A DNA stretch of 64,000 bases from Candidatus Multivorans sp. (GTDB lineage: Bacteria; Acidobacteriota; Thermoanaerobaculia; Multivoradales; Multivoraceae). Shown piece by piece: positions 61,082 through 64,000 of the stretch. Within the stretch, counting starts at the first letter, position 1. Each line of letters opens with the position of its first letter. Location: contig OZ251997.1 in NCBI GenBank assembly GCA_965247095.1, positions 2,528,001-2,592,000 of the forward strand, read 5' to 3'. The notes below the pieces were generated by a model that was given only the letters and a program-made list of their open reading frames with translations, did not search any database and was not told the origin of the DNA. A program made the position numbers and the translations under genes.

Positions 61082-62851
61082 TCAAGGCAGCGCGAACACG
61101 AACAGGTTGTTGCCCGAGCTGGGGCGCAGCTCTGGCGTGAGCCCGGCCGAGAGGGCTGCCGACGTGCTCCCCGTGCTCGCGACGACGTACTGACGTCCGT
61201 CGACCCCGAAGGTGATGGGGAAGCCGGTGACCGGTGAGCCGAGGTTGATCTCCCAAAGACTTTCGCCGGTTTCCTGGTCCAGGGCACGGAACCGACCGTT
61301 CCCGTCGCCGACGAAGACCAGGCCGCCGCCGGTCACAAACAGCGACATCAGCCCCGCCCGCTGCTCGTACGTCCACAGCGACTTACCGGTCTCGGCTGAC
61401 ACGGCGTGGATGCTTCCGCTCAGGTCGGTGCCCGGCGCGATCTGGTGCTCGGCATCCAGGGCGTAGATCGCAAGCCGGCCCGCGCGTGTTGCCGTCATCA
61501 GGGCGCACGAGTTGCGCATGGGCACGTACATCGCGTTCGTCAGCGGGCTGTAGGCGCCCGCCTGCCAGTCCTTGCCGCCGATGTACGTGGGGCAGACGTA
61601 CGCCTCCTGGCCCAGCTCCCGGAAGACCACTTCGGTGTTCTCGGTGACCTTGCCGTCGCCGTCGATCGTGCTGATGACGTTCTGTCTGATCGTCGGCCTC
61701 GCCCACAGGAACTCGCCGGTCTCGCGGTCGAGGGTGTACACGATTCCCGTCTTGCCGGGAACCCCGGTAATCACCTTGCGAACCTCTCCCGGCTGCAGGC
61801 GTGGATTGATCCAGTCGACCGCGTCGGCGTCGGGCGCCACCGCGGTATCGACCAGGAGGCGCTCGAAGGGGTGGTCGAGGTCCCAGTGGTCATTGAGGTG
61901 CTGGTAGTGCCAGGCGATCTCGCCCGTTTGCGCGTTCAGCGCGAGCGTGGAGTTGTGGTACAGGTGCCTGAGATCCCTGCCCCCGAGCAGGAACTTGGGC
62001 GCCGGTGACGTCACCGAGGTGCCGATGTAGATGAGCTCCAGCGCCGGGTCGTAGCTCGGCACCATCCAGGTGCCGACGTGCGTGCGATCCTCGAACGGGA
62101 TGTCGCCCCAGGTTTCGTTGCCCGGCTCTCCGGGCGCCGGAATCGTGCGACGCCGCCAGAGTTCGGCCCCGGTCTTGGCGTCGTGGGCGACGATGACGCA
62201 GGCGTCGGGACCGCCGCGGGGCAAACAACTGCGGCCCGAGATCACCTTGCCGTCAGCGATGATCGGCCCCGAGCTCTGCATCGCCGGCTGCGTCTTGTAG
62301 TCGAGGATCATCGTCTCCCAGACCAGCTCGCCCGTTGCCGCATCGAGGGCGAAGGCGAACTCGTCGACGCTCGTGTCGATGATCAGACCGTCGTAGATCG
62401 CGATGTTGCGGTTGTTGGCCGCGAGAGATCCGACTTGCCGGAGGATGTTGTCCGGTAGATCGCGCCGGTACTCCCAGATGAGGACTCCTGTTGTGGCGTC
62501 GATGGCCTGGATGACGTCCATGGGGTTCGGCATGTACATCACGCCGTCGTAGACGAGCGGCGTCCCCTGCTGGCGGCCTTCGCTCATGCCACGGGACCAG
62601 ACCAGCCGCAGGTCCTTGACGTTCTCGCGCGTGATCTGGTCGAGCGGGCTGTAGCCCCACCCGTCGAGCGTCCGGCGCCACATCAACCAGTCGTCGTCGC
62701 TCGGGTCCTGGAGCATGGCGTCCGTGACCGGAACGAAGTCGCCGCGCACGGGCGTGCTTGCCGGCTGTGCCTCGGCGACCGGGGTCCACGGGACCACCGT
62801 CAGAAGGGCGGCGAGAAGTGCCGCCTGAAGCAAGAGACTGCGCTGGCCCAT
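61082..62851 (-). CDS. PQQ-binding beta-propeller dehydrogenase
   Basis: YSPLDQI, QGTPLVYDG, ALDAATGELVW repeats, WDLD, GRQYV. Confidence 0.88.
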   Translation of the reverse strand: MGQRSLLLQAALLAALLTVVPWTPVAEAQPASTPVRGDFVPVTDAMLQDPSDDDWLMWRRTLDGWGYSPLDQITRENVKDLRLVWSRGMSEGRQQGTPLVYDGVMYMPNPMDVIQAIDATTGVLIWEYRRDLPDNILRQVGSLAANNRNIAIYDGLIIDTSVDEFAFALDAATGELVWETMILDYKTQPAMQSSGPIIADGKVISGRSCLPRGGPDACVIVAHDAKTGAELWRRRTIPAPGEPGNETWGDIPFEDRTHVGTWMVPSYDPALELIYIGTSVTSPAPKFLLGGRDLRHLYHNSTLALNAQTGEIAWHYQHLNDHWDLDHPFERLLVDTAVAPDADAVDWINPRLQPGEVRKVITGVPGKTGIVYTLDRETGEFLWARPTIRQNVISTIDGDGKVTENTEVVFRELGQEAYVCPTYIGGKDWQAGAYSPLTNAMYVPMRNSCALMTATRAGRLAIYALDAEHQIAPGTDLSGSIHAVSAETGKSLWTYEQRAGLMSLFVTGGGLVFVGDGNGRFRALDQETGESLWEINLGSPVTGFPITFGVDGRQYVVASTGSTSAALSAGLTPELRPSSGNNLFVFALP

Positions 62852-62904
62852 CTACGCGGCCGGATGTTAGCCGAGGACTTCGGCCCCCACGGCAGGATTC
62901 GACC

Positions 62905-64000
62905 TCAGCGCGACGACGAGAGCCGGACTTCCGCCTCGGCCTCCTCATCGCCGCGGAGCAGGCTCACAGTCACCGAGTCGCCCGGCTGCCGGCGCTCGAG
63001 CAGCGCCCGCACGTCGCTGGCCGACTGGACCGGTTCGCCGTCGATCGCGGTGATCACGTCGCCCAGTACGACGCCTCGGCGGGTGCGGCGGCTGCCGCGC
63101 AGGCCGGCGCTGTCGGCGCCCGAATTGCGCACCACTTCCAGGACCAGCACCCCATCCAGTTGCGGCCGCACCTGAGCGCCGGTTACGAGCGTGACACCGA
63201 GCTGCGGGCGGTTGACTCGCCCGTGAGCGATCAGCTTCGGCACCACCCAGTTCACGGTGTCCACCGGAATCGCGAAGCCGATGCCGGCCCAGGCGCCGCC
63301 GGCAGAGACAATCTGGGTGTTCACGCCGATCAAACGTCCACTCGAGTCGAGGAGGGGACCGCCGGAGTTGCCGGGGTTGATCGCTGCATCCGTCTGAATG
63401 ACCCCCTGGATCTCGCGCCCCATGATCGATTGCACTTCGCGGTCCAGGGCGCTGATCACACCGGTCGTCAGGGTGTAGTCGAGACCGAAGGGATTGCCGA
63501 TGGCAAGGACCGATTGGCCCACCAGGAGGTCGCTCGATGTGCCAAGGGGAATCGGTCGCAGCGTCTCGGCGGGCGCGTCGATCCGCAGCACCGCCAGATC
63601 CATCTCCGGATCGCTGCCGACGAAGGTCGCCGGCCAGGTGGTCTGGTCGGACAGCGTGACCTGGGCGCCGTCTGCGTTCTGGATCACGTGGTAGTTCGTG
63701 ACCACATGGCCTTGGGTGTCCCACAGGAAGCCGCTGCCGGTGCCGTCCTGAATGCGATCGAAGCGGCGTCCGAAGTAGTCGACGCGCCGTTCCCGTGTCG
63801 CGGTTGTGATGTAGACCACCGAAGGCGAGGCCTTGCGGAAGAGGTTGACCGTGGTCCGTTCCTCCGGCAGCAGGCCGGCACTCTGCGCTACCGCCCGAGG
63901 TTCGCCCCTGCTGTCCGCCTGCAGGACGCTGCCCTGCCACCTCGAGCCGAAGACGAAGGCGAGAACGGCGAGGACGACCAATCCGGTCGCGGCGGCAAAC
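62905..64000 (-). CDS. HtrA/DegP-family serine protease (trypsin plus PDZ); start probably beyond the window end
   Basis: GSGF, TNYHV, DLAVL, IQTDAAINPGNSGGPL, PDZ. Confidence 0.93.
   Translation of the reverse strand, partial: FAAATGLVVLAVLAFVFGSRWQGSVLQADSRGEPRAVAQSAGLLPEERTTVNLFRKASPSVVYITTATRERRVDYFGRRFDRIQDGTGSGFLWDTQGHVVTNYHVIQNADGAQVTLSDQTTWPATFVGSDPEMDLAVLRIDAPAETLRPIPLGTSSDLLVGQSVLAIGNPFGLDYTLTTGVISALDREVQSIMGREIQGVIQTDAAINPGNSGGPLLDSSGRLIGVNTQIVSAGGAWAGIGFAIPVDTVNWVVPKLIAHGRVNRPQLGVTLVTGAQVRPQLDGVLVLEVVRNSGADSAGLRGSRRTRRGVVLGDVITAIDGEPVQSASDVRALLERRQPGDSVTVSLLRGDEEAEAEVRLSSSR

Overview
GC-rich bacterial chromosome segment. The gene order (amidase-GerMN-murI-rph; atpF'-F-H-A-G-D-C without atpB/E) and the cargo (sulfatase, FGE-domain protein, PQQ dehydrogenase) suggest an Acidobacteriota-like, possibly host-associated organism (inference only). 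Layout: (1) 1-7838 is an accessory region 3' of tRNA-Glu, with an AHL-lactonase-like gene, an intact IS630, an acyl-CoA synthetase, an IS4 remnant, an orphan antitoxin, a sulfatase and a tandem DUF1330-like protein. (2) 8015-18282 holds cell-wall and housekeeping genes, with an IS1634 inserted in the 3' end of mpl. (3) About 18.6-46.2 kb is a Wzx/Wzy-type polysaccharide locus that includes an apparent WecA-like/outer-membrane beta-barrel fusion. (4) 46.4-52.7 kb is the ATP synthase operon. (5) tRNA-Ser is followed by a 4.5-kb integrase-less islet bounded by a 15-bp direct repeat, then pseudogenes, a P460-family cytochrome, vapBC, tRNA-Gln, a PQQ dehydrogenase and an HtrA protease. A structured, covarying REP-like repeat family recurs five times in intergenic spaces. 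No CRISPR array or rRNA was seen. All product calls come from motif recognition by eye, not from database searches.
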